A stretch of 64,000 nt of DNA from Nanohaloarchaea archaeon B1-Br10_U2g1. Lineage in GTDB: Archaea; Nanohalarchaeota; Nanosalinia; Nanosalinales; Nanosalinaceae. The notes beneath the pieces are model-generated. The model was given only the letters and a program-made list of their open reading frames with translations. It made no database searches and was not told the DNA's origin. The stretch's first letter is position 1. Every line of letters starts with the position of its first letter. Made by a program: the position numbers and the translations under genes. Positions 8,270 through 18,147 of the stretch are shown one piece after another. The DNA is taken from contig LKMN01000001.1 of assembly GCA_001563875.1 (NCBI GenBank), positions 68,811 through 132,810 of the forward strand, given 5' to 3'.

Positions 8270-9646
8270 ATGGGTATAAAGCAGATAGTAGAAGAGAACA
8301 AAGAGTTTGAACATTCAAAGTTCTTGGATGAACTGAGATCAAAAGACTCTAAGCTAAACTTCATGAGGGAGACAGTCGAACCTGAAGAGAACAACGGTGA
8401 TCTGAATGGAGTACCATTTGTCGTAAAAGACGCTATCTGCACAGAAAATGTTGTAACATCTGCAGGCTCAAAAATAATCGAAGACTACAAACCAGTTTTT
8501 GATGCAACAGTTGTCAAAAAACTGAAAAAGGAAGGAGCAACCTTCTACGGTAAAACAAATCAAGACGAATTTGGATTTGGAACATTCTCAACCAACTGCG
8601 CGTTCGAAACTCCAAAAAACCCTCACGACTCTGAAAGAGTTGTTGGAGGTAGCAGTGGAGGCGCAGGGGCAGTAGTAGCCGCAACAGATTACCCAATAAT
8701 CTCGATAGGAGAGTCTACAGGAGGTTCGATAACAAATCCTGCAGCATACAACGGGGTTATAGGGATAACACCTACCTATGGAAGAGTATCACGTCAAGGA
8801 CTAATAGACTATGGAAACTCGCTGGACAAGATAGGAGTACTCACGAAAACAGTTTATGGTGCAGCTAAAGGGCTGGAAGTAATATCTGGCCACGATAAAA
8901 ACGATCAGACAACAGTGAAAGGCGCAGTGCCTGCGTTTTCAAACAATCTTGAAGAGAGAGAGGACCTGAAGATTGGTGTACCAAAACAGTATATAGAGTT
9001 AGAGGGTATGGAAGAAGGAGTAAGAAAAAATTTTGAAGAGTCACTAGAGTTCTTTAAAGATCAAGGCTTCACAGTTGAGGAAGTTGACGTGCCACTGCTT
9101 GATGCAGATTACTCTGTAGCAGCATACTATGTTATAGCAATGGCTGAAGCTTCAACTAACTTAGCAAGATTTTCAGGGATTCGTTACGGAATGGAGTTTG
9201 ATACAGAGGAATACTCAGACTTCAATGAATACTTTTCAAAAGTTAGAACGGAAGGGTTTGGAGAAGAAGCTAAAAGAAGAATACTACTGGGAACATACAC
9301 TAGACAGGCTGGTTACAGAGATCAGTATTATGTCAAAGCTGCGAAAGTTCGACGTAAGATAATCAACCAGCTAAAGGAAATATTCCAGGATTATGATGTA
9401 CTAATATCTCCTTCAATGCCTAATATAGCACCAAAGATAGAGGAAGCAGAATCAATGAGTCCTGAAGAAGTGTACGCAATGGACACACTTACAGTAGGCC
9501 CGAACCTTGCCGGTATGCCTATGATATCAGTACCCAACGGAACCTCTGAAGGTATGCCAACCGGTTTACACGTAATAGGAGATCACTTCGAAGAACAAAA
9601 GATACTTGACGTTGCGTACACTTTTGAGAGAGGTGAGAAGAAGTGA
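8270..9646 (+). CDS. gatA: Asp/Glu-tRNA amidotransferase subunit A
   Basis: Amidase signature: VKD, GGSSGG, STGGSI, NLARFSGIRYG, GFGEEAKRRILLG. Confidence 0.96.
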   Translation: MGIKQIVEENKEFEHSKFLDELRSKDSKLNFMRETVEPEENNGDLNGVPFVVKDAICTENVVTSAGSKIIEDYKPVFDATVVKKLKKEGATFYGKTNQDEFGFGTFSTNCAFETPKNPHDSERVVGGSSGGAGAVVAATDYPIISIGESTGGSITNPAAYNGVIGITPTYGRVSRQGLIDYGNSLDKIGVLTKTVYGAAKGLEVISGHDKNDQTTVKGAVPAFSNNLEEREDLKIGVPKQYIELEGMEEGVRKNFEESLEFFKDQGFTVEEVDVPLLDADYSVAAYYVIAMAEASTNLARFSGIRYGMEFDTEEYSDFNEYFSKVRTEGFGEEAKRRILLGTYTRQAGYRDQYYVKAAKVRRKIINQLKEIFQDYDVLISPSMPNIAPKIEEAESMSPEEVYAMDTLTVGPNLAGMPMISVPNGTSEGMPTGLHVIGDHFEEQKILDVAYTFERGEKK

Positions 9647-11061
9647 GCGAGGAAACCGATGTAATGATAGGGCTGGAAACACATATACAGCTGGATACGG
9701 ACACGAAACTGCTATGCGGCTGTCCAAACAAAGAAGCTGAAGAACCTAACAGTCACGTCTGTCCAACATGTCTAGGCCATCCGGGAAGCAAGCCAAGACT
9801 GAACAAAGCAGTACTGGACAAAGCAGTGAAAACCAGTCTAGCACTAGGCTGTGAAGTCAATAAAGATATCTTCTTCTCACGTAAGACATACTTCTACCCG
9901 GATATGTCTAAAAACTATCAGATAACACAGTATGAAATCCCTGTGGGAGAGAAAGGCGAGCTAGAAGTAAAAATAGAGGATGAGAAAAAACAAATCGGTA
10001 TCACAAGACTTCATATAGAAGAAGATCCGGCAAAAATGAAACACGTTGGCGGAGACATAGGAAACTCTAAATACACACTTGTAGATTACAATAGGGCCGG
10101 TACTCCTTTACTAGAAATTGTTACCGAACCTGACTTTGAGTCGCCGGAAGAGGCAAGAGCATACCTTCAGCAGCTAGCACAGATATTTGAGTATCTTGGA
10201 CTTTACAGCCCGGATTCAGACTACGCAATTAAAAGCGACGCCAATATCTCAATCGAGGGTGGAGAAAAAGTTGAAGTCAAAAACATTACAGGAACATCTG
10301 AGGTAGAGAAAGCGTTAAGCTACGAAATCTCACGTCAGAAACAGATGACACGTAGGGGCCGAGAAATCAGACAACATACGAGAAGCTACAACGCAGACAT
10401 GGCTTCGACAAAGAAAATGAGAGACAAAGAAACCGAAGAAGACTACGGATACATCTTCGATCCGGATCTGACAAGACAGGAACTAGACAAAGAGTACCGG
10501 GAAAAAATTAAGTCTGATATTCCGGAACTCCCTCATGAGAAATTTGAACGTTTCCAAGATGAGTACGGCCTAACAGATAAACTTGTGGAGTCGCTTATAA
10601 CTGAGCCTGAAATGGCTGAAGATTTTGAAGCTTTGGTTGGCAAACATGGACCAGAACTGCCGGCTTCATGGATGGCAGGAGAGTTAAAGAAAACACTTAA
10701 CTATAATGAAACATCTTACTCTGAATCGGATATCCAGAGAGGCTGGCTCTCTGAACTTTTCAGGCTTTTAGAACAAGACGAAATATCAGATAGAAACGCA
10801 GAACAAGTTCTGAGAGAGATTGTCGACGATCCAAGAAGTACTGAGAAAATTGTTCAAGAAAAGGATTTATTGAAAGCTGAAGAGTCAGAGATAGACTCTA
10901 TTGTAATAGAGGTTGTTGAACAAAACTCCGACGCTGTTGAAGACTACAGGTCAGGAGAAGAAGGAGCAATTAACTTCCTAGTAGGACAGGTTATGCAGAA
11001 AAGCCAAGGAAAAGCTGATCCTAAAACAGCACGTGAGAAAATAACTGAAGAGATAGAATGA
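9643..11061 (+). CDS. gatB: Asp/Glu-tRNA amidotransferase subunit B
   Basis: IGLETHIQL, FSRKTYFYPD, HIEED, DYNRAGTPLLEIVTEP and a C-terminal Yqey domain. Confidence 0.97.
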   Translation: MSEETDVMIGLETHIQLDTDTKLLCGCPNKEAEEPNSHVCPTCLGHPGSKPRLNKAVLDKAVKTSLALGCEVNKDIFFSRKTYFYPDMSKNYQITQYEIPVGEKGELEVKIEDEKKQIGITRLHIEEDPAKMKHVGGDIGNSKYTLVDYNRAGTPLLEIVTEPDFESPEEARAYLQQLAQIFEYLGLYSPDSDYAIKSDANISIEGGEKVEVKNITGTSEVEKALSYEISRQKQMTRRGREIRQHTRSYNADMASTKKMRDKETEEDYGYIFDPDLTRQELDKEYREKIKSDIPELPHEKFERFQDEYGLTDKLVESLITEPEMAEDFEALVGKHGPELPASWMAGELKKTLNYNETSYSESDIQRGWLSELFRLLEQDEISDRNAEQVLREIVDDPRSTEKIVQEKDLLKAEESEIDSIVIEVVEQNSDAVEDYRSGEEGAINFLVGQVMQKSQGKADPKTAREKITEEIE

Positions 11062-11966
11062 AGGCTCACAAAGTCCTAGATCAGATTGGTATAGAGTACG
11101 AACTTGTAGAACAAGATAATCCTACAAAGGACTGTGATGCTGCAGCTAAAGAACGTGGAATTAAGACATGTCAGATTGTAAAAAGTCTTTTGGTCGAGAG
11201 AGACGGTGAAAAACTCCATCTCTGTATTCCTGGAGATAGGAAGCTGTCGGAGAAAAAATTTGGAGAGTACAGACTTCTACCTTCTGAGGAGTCGGAGAGG
11301 ATTACAGGGTTTGAATCAGGTACTATACATCCACTTTCTTCAGATCTTAAACATTTTGTAGATGAAAGGGTTTTCGAAAACGATAAAGTCTCCTTTACTA
11401 TAGGCGAGACACTTAGAGGATTGATAGTAAGCTCTAAGGGCTTCAAAAAGGCTTTACAAGACCAAGACTTCAAATCGGTTGTACAGGACATAGTTTCCGT
11501 TGAAGAGAGGGAGATTGAGCAGATTAAAGAGAAAGGGCTCTCTGAGGAAGAAGCAAGCTTTATTGTCAAGAACGGTTACAGAAAAAGGTTCCTAGAGTTA
11601 GAAAATATTTATACTGCTCAAGAGATATTTACGGTTACAAAGAAACTTCACAGAGATATACCGGATTTTTCTAGGGATCAGGCGTCCAAAATACTTGATA
11701 AAGCGGAGAATGAAACCCATATACAGAAACTTGTTGAACATCTATTTACCGACGGAGAACTTCCTGAAGAAAACAGTTTCTTGCTGGAAGAGACTGTAGA
11801 AAAAACAGTTGAGGAAAACCCTGAAGCTGTAAAAGACTACAGAGACGGCAACACATCCTCTCTAAACTATCTTATTGGACAGATAATGCAGAAAACTCAA
11901 GGACGCGCAGACGGTGAGAAAACCAGAAAACTACTTCTAAGTAGACTTGATAATAATGAATACTAA
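11058..11966 (+). CDS. YbaK/ProX-family aminoacyl-tRNA deacylase fused to a GatB/Yqey-like domain
   Basis: N-terminal QIVKSLL...ITGFESGTIHP...FTIG. C-terminal ENPEAVKDYRDG..SLNYLIGQIMQKTQGRAD matches the tail of the adjacent GatB. Confidence 0.85.
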   Translation: MKAHKVLDQIGIEYELVEQDNPTKDCDAAAKERGIKTCQIVKSLLVERDGEKLHLCIPGDRKLSEKKFGEYRLLPSEESERITGFESGTIHPLSSDLKHFVDERVFENDKVSFTIGETLRGLIVSSKGFKKALQDQDFKSVVQDIVSVEEREIEQIKEKGLSEEEASFIVKNGYRKRFLELENIYTAQEIFTVTKKLHRDIPDFSRDQASKILDKAENETHIQKLVEHLFTDGELPEENSFLLEETVEKTVEENPEAVKDYRDGNTSSLNYLIGQIMQKTQGRADGEKTRKLLLSRLDNNEY

Positions 11967-12207
11967 AGAGATCTACGAGAAAATAGAAGGGGAAGATGTT
12001 GGACAAAAAAGGTACTTGATGTCGAAGATAATTGACAAACTTCTAGAAGAGAAATATCCTCAGATAACTGTCGAAAAAAGGCTGGATAGACTTAAACAGG
12101 ATGAAGGATATCTTTACAAGCTTGTCCAAGATTTCTTCTTATCTTCAAGTACTATAGAGAAGGAGAGAAAACTAGAGAAGATAAGAGAACATACAGATTT
12201 ATTTTAG
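11956..12207 (+). CDS. Hypothetical protein
   Basis: 83 aa, overlaps the upstream stop, so probably operonic. Confidence 0.65.
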   Translation: MNTKEIYEKIEGEDVGQKRYLMSKIIDKLLEEKYPQITVEKRLDRLKQDEGYLYKLVQDFFLSSSTIEKERKLEKIREHTDLF

Positions 12208-12212
12208 TTAGC

Positions 12213-12443
12213 TTAGGCCTGGTTGCCGCTGGAATCAATCAGCTTAAACCCGACTTCAAAGCCTTTACTGTCAGAGTGTACTCTCAAAGGTATTATGTTC
12301 TCAAAAGGCTGAAAGACCTTCCAGCCATCTCCCTCCATAGAAATGTTTTCTCCATCTTCTAATGAGTCCGCAAGATCTCTCAGAAATTCCGCGGCATCTT
12401 CTCTTTCAAGCCGGAACTCTTTTTCGAAGTCCTCGCTGCTCAT
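12213..12443 (-). CDS. Amphi-Trp-like small protein
   Basis: FEKEFRLEREDAAEFLRDLADSLE amphipathic helix; terminal Trp absent. Confidence 0.65.
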   Translation of the reverse strand: MSSEDFEKEFRLEREDAAEFLRDLADSLEDGENISMEGDGWKVFQPFENIIPLRVHSDSKGFEVGFKLIDSSGNQA

Positions 12444-12445
12444 TT

Positions 12446-13645
12446 TTATGCGAACATCTCGTTTGGATGGATACCTTCCTCTGCAAGGAAATCTTTCTGT
12501 TTTCCAATATTTCCTTCCTCAAGGTCTTTGATGGCTTCTTGGAAGTCTTTCATTCCTACTTTGGCCTTTGATATATCCTCTGATGCATCTAGAGCTGTTA
12601 TAGCGGCTTGTTTAACTATCTGTTTGATGTCACGTCCTGTAAACTCCTTTCTAAGTTCGTCGGCCAGGAGGTCATGGTCAACGTTGTCATCTAGGTCAAG
12701 TTTACGGGTATGTACCTGGAGTATTTCTTTCTTGGATTCTTGGTCAGGTACAGGAACCTCTATAGCTGAACAGCGGTTCAGCAGTGCTGGGTCCATTACA
12801 TCTGGTTTGTTTGTTGCGAACACAGATATTACGTTAGAGTTCTCTGAGTCGAGTCCGTCGAGTTCGGAAAGTAGTTGACTCATAGTTCTTTCTACCTCTT
12901 CTCCTCCGTGTCTTCTGTCGTCAAGTCTCTTCTTTGCTATTGCATCTATTTCATCTATAAATATTATTGATGGCTTATCGCTTGCACGTGCTTGTTCGTA
13001 TAGCCTCTTTACTTTTTTCGCGCCTTCGCCTATAAATTTCTCAACAAGCTGTGGTCCGTTGATCATGAACATGTCGGCTTCGTATTCTTTACTCAGTGCC
13101 TTTACTAGATGAGTCTTACCTGTTCCTGGTCTACCTACGAGTAACATTGATTTGTCTAGGTCCATACCCCATTCCTGTATCTTCTGTTGCTTCTCAGGAT
13201 CTAGCTGTGCGCCTACATTAGATTTCAGTGATCTAATCACGTGGTCTAGTCCTCCCACATCTTGGAATGTTACATCTGTCCTGATGGAGTCGAACTCTCC
13301 GTCTTTTCCTTTTTCAACTATATCTGTTATCTTGAAGCTGTTAGGATCCAAAGCTACTTCTGTTCCGGGGGTCAGGTCTTCCGGGCTGTAGCCGTTTGGC
13401 ACCTCGACTCCGTAACGTCCTTTCATGTTTCCGGATGCTTCTACCCAGATTCTCTCTCCGTCGTACTCGGATACGATTACTCCTCTCAGTACAGGTGTTT
13501 TCAGGTTGGTTCCATGAGGATTAGAGTCTGTCTGTGCTTTCTGTTTCTGAAAGTACTGTGGGAACTGAATCTTCTGCTCCTTCTCTTGTTGCTTGGTTTT
13601 CTGTTTTTTCTCTGACTTCTCCGTATCCTTGTTTTCATCAACCAT
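12446..13645 (-). CDS. PAN-like proteasome AAA+ ATPase (divergent)
   Basis: OB-fold segment (LTPGTEVALD), DVGGL, GRPGTGKT, KFIGEGA, FIDEIDAI, C-terminal MFA. SD GGTGGA precedes ATG 13645. Confidence 0.85.
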   Translation of the reverse strand: MVDENKDTEKSEKKQKTKQQEKEQKIQFPQYFQKQKAQTDSNPHGTNLKTPVLRGVIVSEYDGERIWVEASGNMKGRYGVEVPNGYSPEDLTPGTEVALDPNSFKITDIVEKGKDGEFDSIRTDVTFQDVGGLDHVIRSLKSNVGAQLDPEKQQKIQEWGMDLDKSMLLVGRPGTGKTHLVKALSKEYEADMFMINGPQLVEKFIGEGAKKVKRLYEQARASDKPSIIFIDEIDAIAKKRLDDRRHGGEEVERTMSQLLSELDGLDSENSNVISVFATNKPDVMDPALLNRCSAIEVPVPDQESKKEILQVHTRKLDLDDNVDHDLLADELRKEFTGRDIKQIVKQAAITALDASEDISKAKVGMKDFQEAIKDLEEGNIGKQKDFLAEEGIHPNEMFA

Positions 13646-13833
13646 GTACTCCACCTTTTCAACTAACCTTTTTAACGGGTTACTGAATCGGAAAGATATC
13701 TTTCTTATCCGTTTCACCCAGTTTTTCATTATATTTGAGTGACTGTTTCAGCTTTATAAAACAAATCTTGACATCGGATATAATGCTAATCTAAACATAT
13801 TTTTTATACCAATCATAGATATCCGTTAAAATA

Positions 13834-14184
13834 ATGGATATAGAGGAAGAAACAGAAAGAGCAATAGAAGTAATGCATGATGAAGTATCTAGATATATTA
13901 TCAATAGCTTAGAACCGGATAGAAAGCCGGTAAAGAGTATATCTGAAAATATAAGTAAAGAGGTCGAGGTCTCCAAGTCTACAGTTTATAGACGTATGAA
14001 CTATCTGGAGGAAGAAAACGTCGTAGAGGAGGTCAGTCTGGTAGGTGATGTAAACAAAAACTACTATCAGCTAACAGACTACGGCGAAAGTATACACAGA
14101 ACTCTTGAGCTTATATCTAGCATCCTAGAATCCGATGAATATGGGCCTTTAAAAGATCTAGAGAACGAGCCCGCAGGGATTTGA
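13834..14184 (+). CDS. Winged-HTH transcriptional regulator (ArsR/HxlR-like)
   Basis: VSKSTVYRRMNYLEEENVV...YYQLTDYG. The last codons overlap the tRNA-Arg 3' end. Confidence 0.85.
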   Translation: MDIEEETERAIEVMHDEVSRYIINSLEPDRKPVKSISENISKEVEVSKSTVYRRMNYLEEENVVEEVSLVGDVNKNYYQLTDYGESIHRTLELISSILESDEYGPLKDLENEPAGI

Positions 14185-14240
14185 ACCCTGGGCCTTTCGG
14201 TCCGAAGCCGAACGCTCTGTCCGGGCTGAGCTACGGGCTC
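14166..14240 (-). tRNA. tRNA-Arg(UCG)
   Basis: Cloverleaf GAGCCCG..., anticodon arm TTCGG-CT TCG GA-CCGAA, T-loop TTCAAAT. Confidence 0.96.
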
Positions 14241-14283
14241 CTGTTAACGTGTTTCAGATAGAAGTCTTATAACTGTTGATTTC

Positions 14284-15510
14284 CTACATCCACAAGATAA
14301 AGTCAACAAGTCTGTACCAGATATTTCTCAGGACGGCGAGAAATCCTTTCTGCTCAGTACTAGTTTGCCCCATTGAGGTGAAGTTGCCTTCCAGAGATTC
14401 GTATACATCAATCTTTCCTGAACCTTGGTAGTTCTCCGGATAATCAAGATCATGTGAGGTACCCATTATTTTCTTCTTTACTTCTCCCGGCTCTTTGTCT
14501 GTCTCTGACAGTATAACTGCTGCCTGTCCGGAGACGTGAGGAGCAGCCATGGAGGTGCCTGAAGAATATCTCCATCTGTTTTCAGGCCATGTTGACACTA
14601 TATCGGATCCTGGAGCCACAACATCGGGTTTGACTCTGTTGTCATACGTAGGGCCTCTACTGCTGTAGGGAGCCATTTTATCTTCTTTATCTACAGACCC
14701 TACCGTAAGCGTATTTGAGGCGCATCCTGGCGCAGTAATTGTTGAATTATCTGGCCCACTGTTCCCTGCAGCGGTAACTGTTAATGTCCCTGAGTTTGTT
14801 GCTTTATTTGTTGCTCTAGAAAGCATGTCTCTCCCGTTACATCTCTCTACCTCGGCACCGATACTAATTGAAGCGATATCTACCTCTTCCTCTACTACCC
14901 ATTCCAAGCCCTGTATAATCTGTGATGAGGAGCCTCTACCGGTTTCATTGAGAACCTTTGCATCGTAAAGATCTATTTTGGGGGAAATGCCGGTGTAGGT
15001 AGGATGTTGCGAACCTATAATTCCGGCTACATGTGTTCCATGGCCGTTCAGATCTCCTGTGCCTTCTTCGGTAAAGTTTTCAGCCTTGTAGATGTCCAAG
15101 TAATCGTGGTCGTAAATCCCTGTATCAAGAACAGCTACAGAGCTGTTTGATCCCATGTATCCATTGTTGTGTAGGTCGGGCATCCGGAAACTTTCACCTG
15201 TGTCTGAGACTAGAGTCTCTACAGGATAGTCTGGTTCTATACGTTCTACAGGCTGTCTTGAACTTAAGTTTTCTATCTCAGAACTGGTAAGATTCATCTT
15301 GGCTCCTTCAATAAGACCGAATTCATGTTCGATCGAGTATCGGTCATCTATACCTTCAACCGTACTGTCGTCTATATCTCCTTCAAACGTAACAAGTACT
15401 TCGGTATATTCTTCTTGCTTCATCTGGTCTTCAAGTTGCTGTGTAACAGAAGATGCTGCGAGAGCTGAGAAAACAACTAAAATCAGAGTTAAGAACAAAT
15501 AACGGGACAT
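14284..15510 (-). CDS. Secreted S8 subtilisin-family serine protease
   Basis: Signal peptide, propeptide, VAVLDTG, GHGTHVAG, AAGN, GTSMAAPHV. Confidence 0.95.
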   Translation of the reverse strand: MSRYLFLTLILVVFSALAASSVTQQLEDQMKQEEYTEVLVTFEGDIDDSTVEGIDDRYSIEHEFGLIEGAKMNLTSSEIENLSSRQPVERIEPDYPVETLVSDTGESFRMPDLHNNGYMGSNSSVAVLDTGIYDHDYLDIYKAENFTEEGTGDLNGHGTHVAGIIGSQHPTYTGISPKIDLYDAKVLNETGRGSSSQIIQGLEWVVEEEVDIASISIGAEVERCNGRDMLSRATNKATNSGTLTVTAAGNSGPDNSTITAPGCASNTLTVGSVDKEDKMAPYSSRGPTYDNRVKPDVVAPGSDIVSTWPENRWRYSSGTSMAAPHVSGQAAVILSETDKEPGEVKKKIMGTSHDLDYPENYQGSGKIDVYESLEGNFTSMGQTSTEQKGFLAVLRNIWYRLVDFILWM

Positions 15511-15554
15511 AAAGATGTATTTAGGGAACAGGAATTTTTAACTCTTTCTTCCTT

Positions 15555-16106
15555 CTAAATAACCGTTAAACCGTTCAGATAGCCGTGGTCGTACAGATAA
15601 TGTGTGCCATCGCAGGTAGGAAGGTCTTGGATTATCTCTTTCCTGTTGAACCATCTAACCTCGTCTGCATCCTTGCCTATCCTTAACATTTCTCTTTCGG
15701 TCTCTATCTTGAAAAAAATCCATTTATGTTCTTCACAGCTTCTCCAACAACGACTAGCTAAGACTACTTCCCCAAACTGTTTTGGTTTGTCAACTTCTAA
15801 GCCCGTCTGGCGTTCGACCATCTCTTTAACCGCACTGTCTAGGTTTTCATCTTTCTTTAGGTGTCTGAACGGTAGAGAGTATAGATAAGGAAATTTTTTT
15901 CTCTTAACCATTACTATCTCTTCTCCAGTGTATATAACAGAGGCTATCTTTACAGGAACTCTCTTAGAATTAAACTTGACAGTTTCAAGGTCCTCCTTAT
16001 CTCTCTTCACTGTTGGTCTTTCATGTCCGTTAGAGCACTGGAAGAGAATACGGCCGGTTCTTTCCACCTCTACCACTTTACTGCTGTCACATATGCTGCA
16101 TCTCAT
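15555..16106 (-). CDS. Zn-ribbon plus NUDIX-fold protein (degenerate Nudix box)
   Basis: CxxC...CxxxH N-terminus, then KRKKFPYLYSLP and ENLDSAVKEMVERQTGL. Confidence 0.7.
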   Translation of the reverse strand: MRCSICDSSKVVEVERTGRILFQCSNGHERPTVKRDKEDLETVKFNSKRVPVKIASVIYTGEEIVMVKRKKFPYLYSLPFRHLKKDENLDSAVKEMVERQTGLEVDKPKQFGEVVLASRCWRSCEEHKWIFFKIETEREMLRIGKDADEVRWFNRKEIIQDLPTCDGTHYLYDHGYLNGLTVI

Positions 16107-16234
16107 ATCTACAGTTTTGAAATCTGTCTGTTCTAATTAGAAGATTGTTGCAGATAAAAAACAGTTTTTTATCCGTATTATTGTTATTGATGTTTATAGG
16201 AAGTCTTTTTACAAACCTAAAAGAAATTGGAATC

Positions 16235-17830
16235 ATGGAGTTGAAGACGGCATACTTCTCAATGGAGATAGCATTAGAGAATGATATCAAGACCTATAGC
16301 GGCGGATTAGGCGTCCTGGCAGGAGACACCTTACGGAGTGCTGCAGATTTGGACTATCCAATTTTAGGAGTCACTCTTCTATACCGAAACGGTTTCATAA
16401 AGCAGGTTTTAGAGGACGGCGAACAGAAAGAGGAGCCAGATAAATGGGACATCGACCGATTACAGCATTTAGACGTATACACCAGTATTGAAATCTTCGG
16501 TAGAACCGTCGACATTACTGCTTATCAGTACACTATTCAAGGCGAAAATGGGGAAGTACCGGTTATACTACTAGATACAGATCTTGATTCAAACGAAGAT
16601 TACGACAGATCTCTTACGGAGAGACTATATCTTGGAGACGATGAGTACAGACTTGCCCAAGAAGCGGTGTTAGGTATAGGAGGGTTCAGAATACTTGAAG
16701 AACTGGGATACAGACCTAAGCACTACCATATGAACGAAGGACACTCATGTCTTTTAACAACAGAGTTGTTTGGAAGAGAAGACATACAGGAGAAATGTAT
16801 CTTTACAACCCACACGCCTGTAAAGGCAGGTCACGACGTTTTTGATAAAGATACTGTCCGGAAAGTCTTGACAACAACTTCAAAGAAGCTAGAGGAAAGA
16901 GGGTTTGAAAGTCTAAACACAACAGAACTAGCTTTAGAGTATAGCGGCTTCGTAAATGCAGTGTCTGAGAAACATGAAAACGTGTCAAGCCAGATGTTTC
17001 CGGATTATGACTTTGATTCAGTTACAAATGGCGTTCACAGTACAACTTGGACGAACCCTTACTTAAGAGAGGTTCTTGACTCAGAGATAGGTGCTTGGAG
17101 ATGTCAGCCAGGTATGCTGTCGAGAGCATTTAAGATAGATGATAGAAAGCTCTGGAACGCAAAAATGGAGGCTAAAAAGGAATTAATAGACTATATCAGG
17201 GAAGAGACAGGAGAAGAATTTGAGCAAGATGTTTTCACTATCGGTTTTGCAAGACGTGCCACAGGTTACAAACGCCCTACACTTCTATTCAAGGATATTG
17301 AAAGGCTGGAAAGTCTTGGAGAGTTACAGATAGTATACGCAGGAAAAGCGCATCCGGATGACACACAAGGCAAACATTTCATAAAGAAGATAAACAGATA
17401 CGCAGATATACTTGAAAACGTCAAGCTAGTCTTCTTAGAAGACTATGACATGAATGTTACCAAGAAAATGGTTTCTGGAACAGACTTGTGGTTAAATACT
17501 CCTTTAAGAGGCAAAGAAGCATCAGGCACCTCCGGCATGAAAGCCGCTCTAAACGGTGTTCCCCAGCTTTCGGTTCTTGACGGATGGTGGATCGAAGGAC
17601 ATATAGAGGACGTCACGGGGTGGAGCATAGGAGAGAATTATGTTGAAGGCGAGAACCAAGACGAAATAGACAGCGCCTCAATCTATCAAAAACTTGAACA
17701 TGCCCAGTCGTTGTATTTTGATGATAGAAAAAAATGGATAGAGATAATGAAGAGCTGTATAGCTATAAACGGTTCTTACTTTACCACGGATAGGATGTTT
17801 AAAGAGTATGTTACAAAAGCTTATCGTTAA
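16235..17830 (+). CDS. glgP: Alpha-glucan (glycogen/starch) phosphorylase
   Basis: YSGGLGVLAGD, HMNEGH, GFARRATGYKR and the EASGTSGMKA PLP site. Start moved to ATG at 16235. Confidence 0.95.
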   Translation: MELKTAYFSMEIALENDIKTYSGGLGVLAGDTLRSAADLDYPILGVTLLYRNGFIKQVLEDGEQKEEPDKWDIDRLQHLDVYTSIEIFGRTVDITAYQYTIQGENGEVPVILLDTDLDSNEDYDRSLTERLYLGDDEYRLAQEAVLGIGGFRILEELGYRPKHYHMNEGHSCLLTTELFGREDIQEKCIFTTHTPVKAGHDVFDKDTVRKVLTTTSKKLEERGFESLNTTELALEYSGFVNAVSEKHENVSSQMFPDYDFDSVTNGVHSTTWTNPYLREVLDSEIGAWRCQPGMLSRAFKIDDRKLWNAKMEAKKELIDYIREETGEEFEQDVFTIGFARRATGYKRPTLLFKDIERLESLGELQIVYAGKAHPDDTQGKHFIKKINRYADILENVKLVFLEDYDMNVTKKMVSGTDLWLNTPLRGKEASGTSGMKAALNGVPQLSVLDGWWIEGHIEDVTGWSIGENYVEGENQDEIDSASIYQKLEHAQSLYFDDRKKWIEIMKSCIAINGSYFTTDRMFKEYVTKAYR

Positions 17831-17887
17831 ATAAAGAATAAAAGAAAAAGGTTCGCCTGTGGGAGGAGAATATAGTTTAGGAAGTTT

Positions 17888-18004
17888 TCAAGATTCTATG
17901 CTTGCTTTGACAGGTAATTCGTTGTTTTTTGTACCTAAACGGTTCTTGAAATTTCTATCAGACGCTACCTTCTCCAAAAACTCGTCCAGCTCTTCATCAG
18001 TCAT
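17888..18004 (-). CDS. Putative 38-aa small protein
   Basis: MTDEELDEFLEKVASDRNFKNRLGTKNNELPVKASIES with GAGGTGG about 15 nt upstream. Confidence 0.4.
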   Translation of the reverse strand: MTDEELDEFLEKVASDRNFKNRLGTKNNELPVKASIES

Positions 18005-18147
18005 CTTGCAGATTGGAGACCACCTCGACAGGAAAATACTATGGTTGCCGGTTTAAAATCGTCATTACAGTCGAGAACAATAGAAAAAACCGTTTAAACA
18101 TGTCTAAGAACGATTATATCGCCGACAAATTTCTATAAAATATCTAT

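Noticed and set aside
13834-14240. Integration scar at tRNA-Arg (CDS overlaps the tRNA 3' end by 19 nt)
   Set aside because: No duplicated tRNA fragment or integrase seen in the window; compatible with compact convergent packing.
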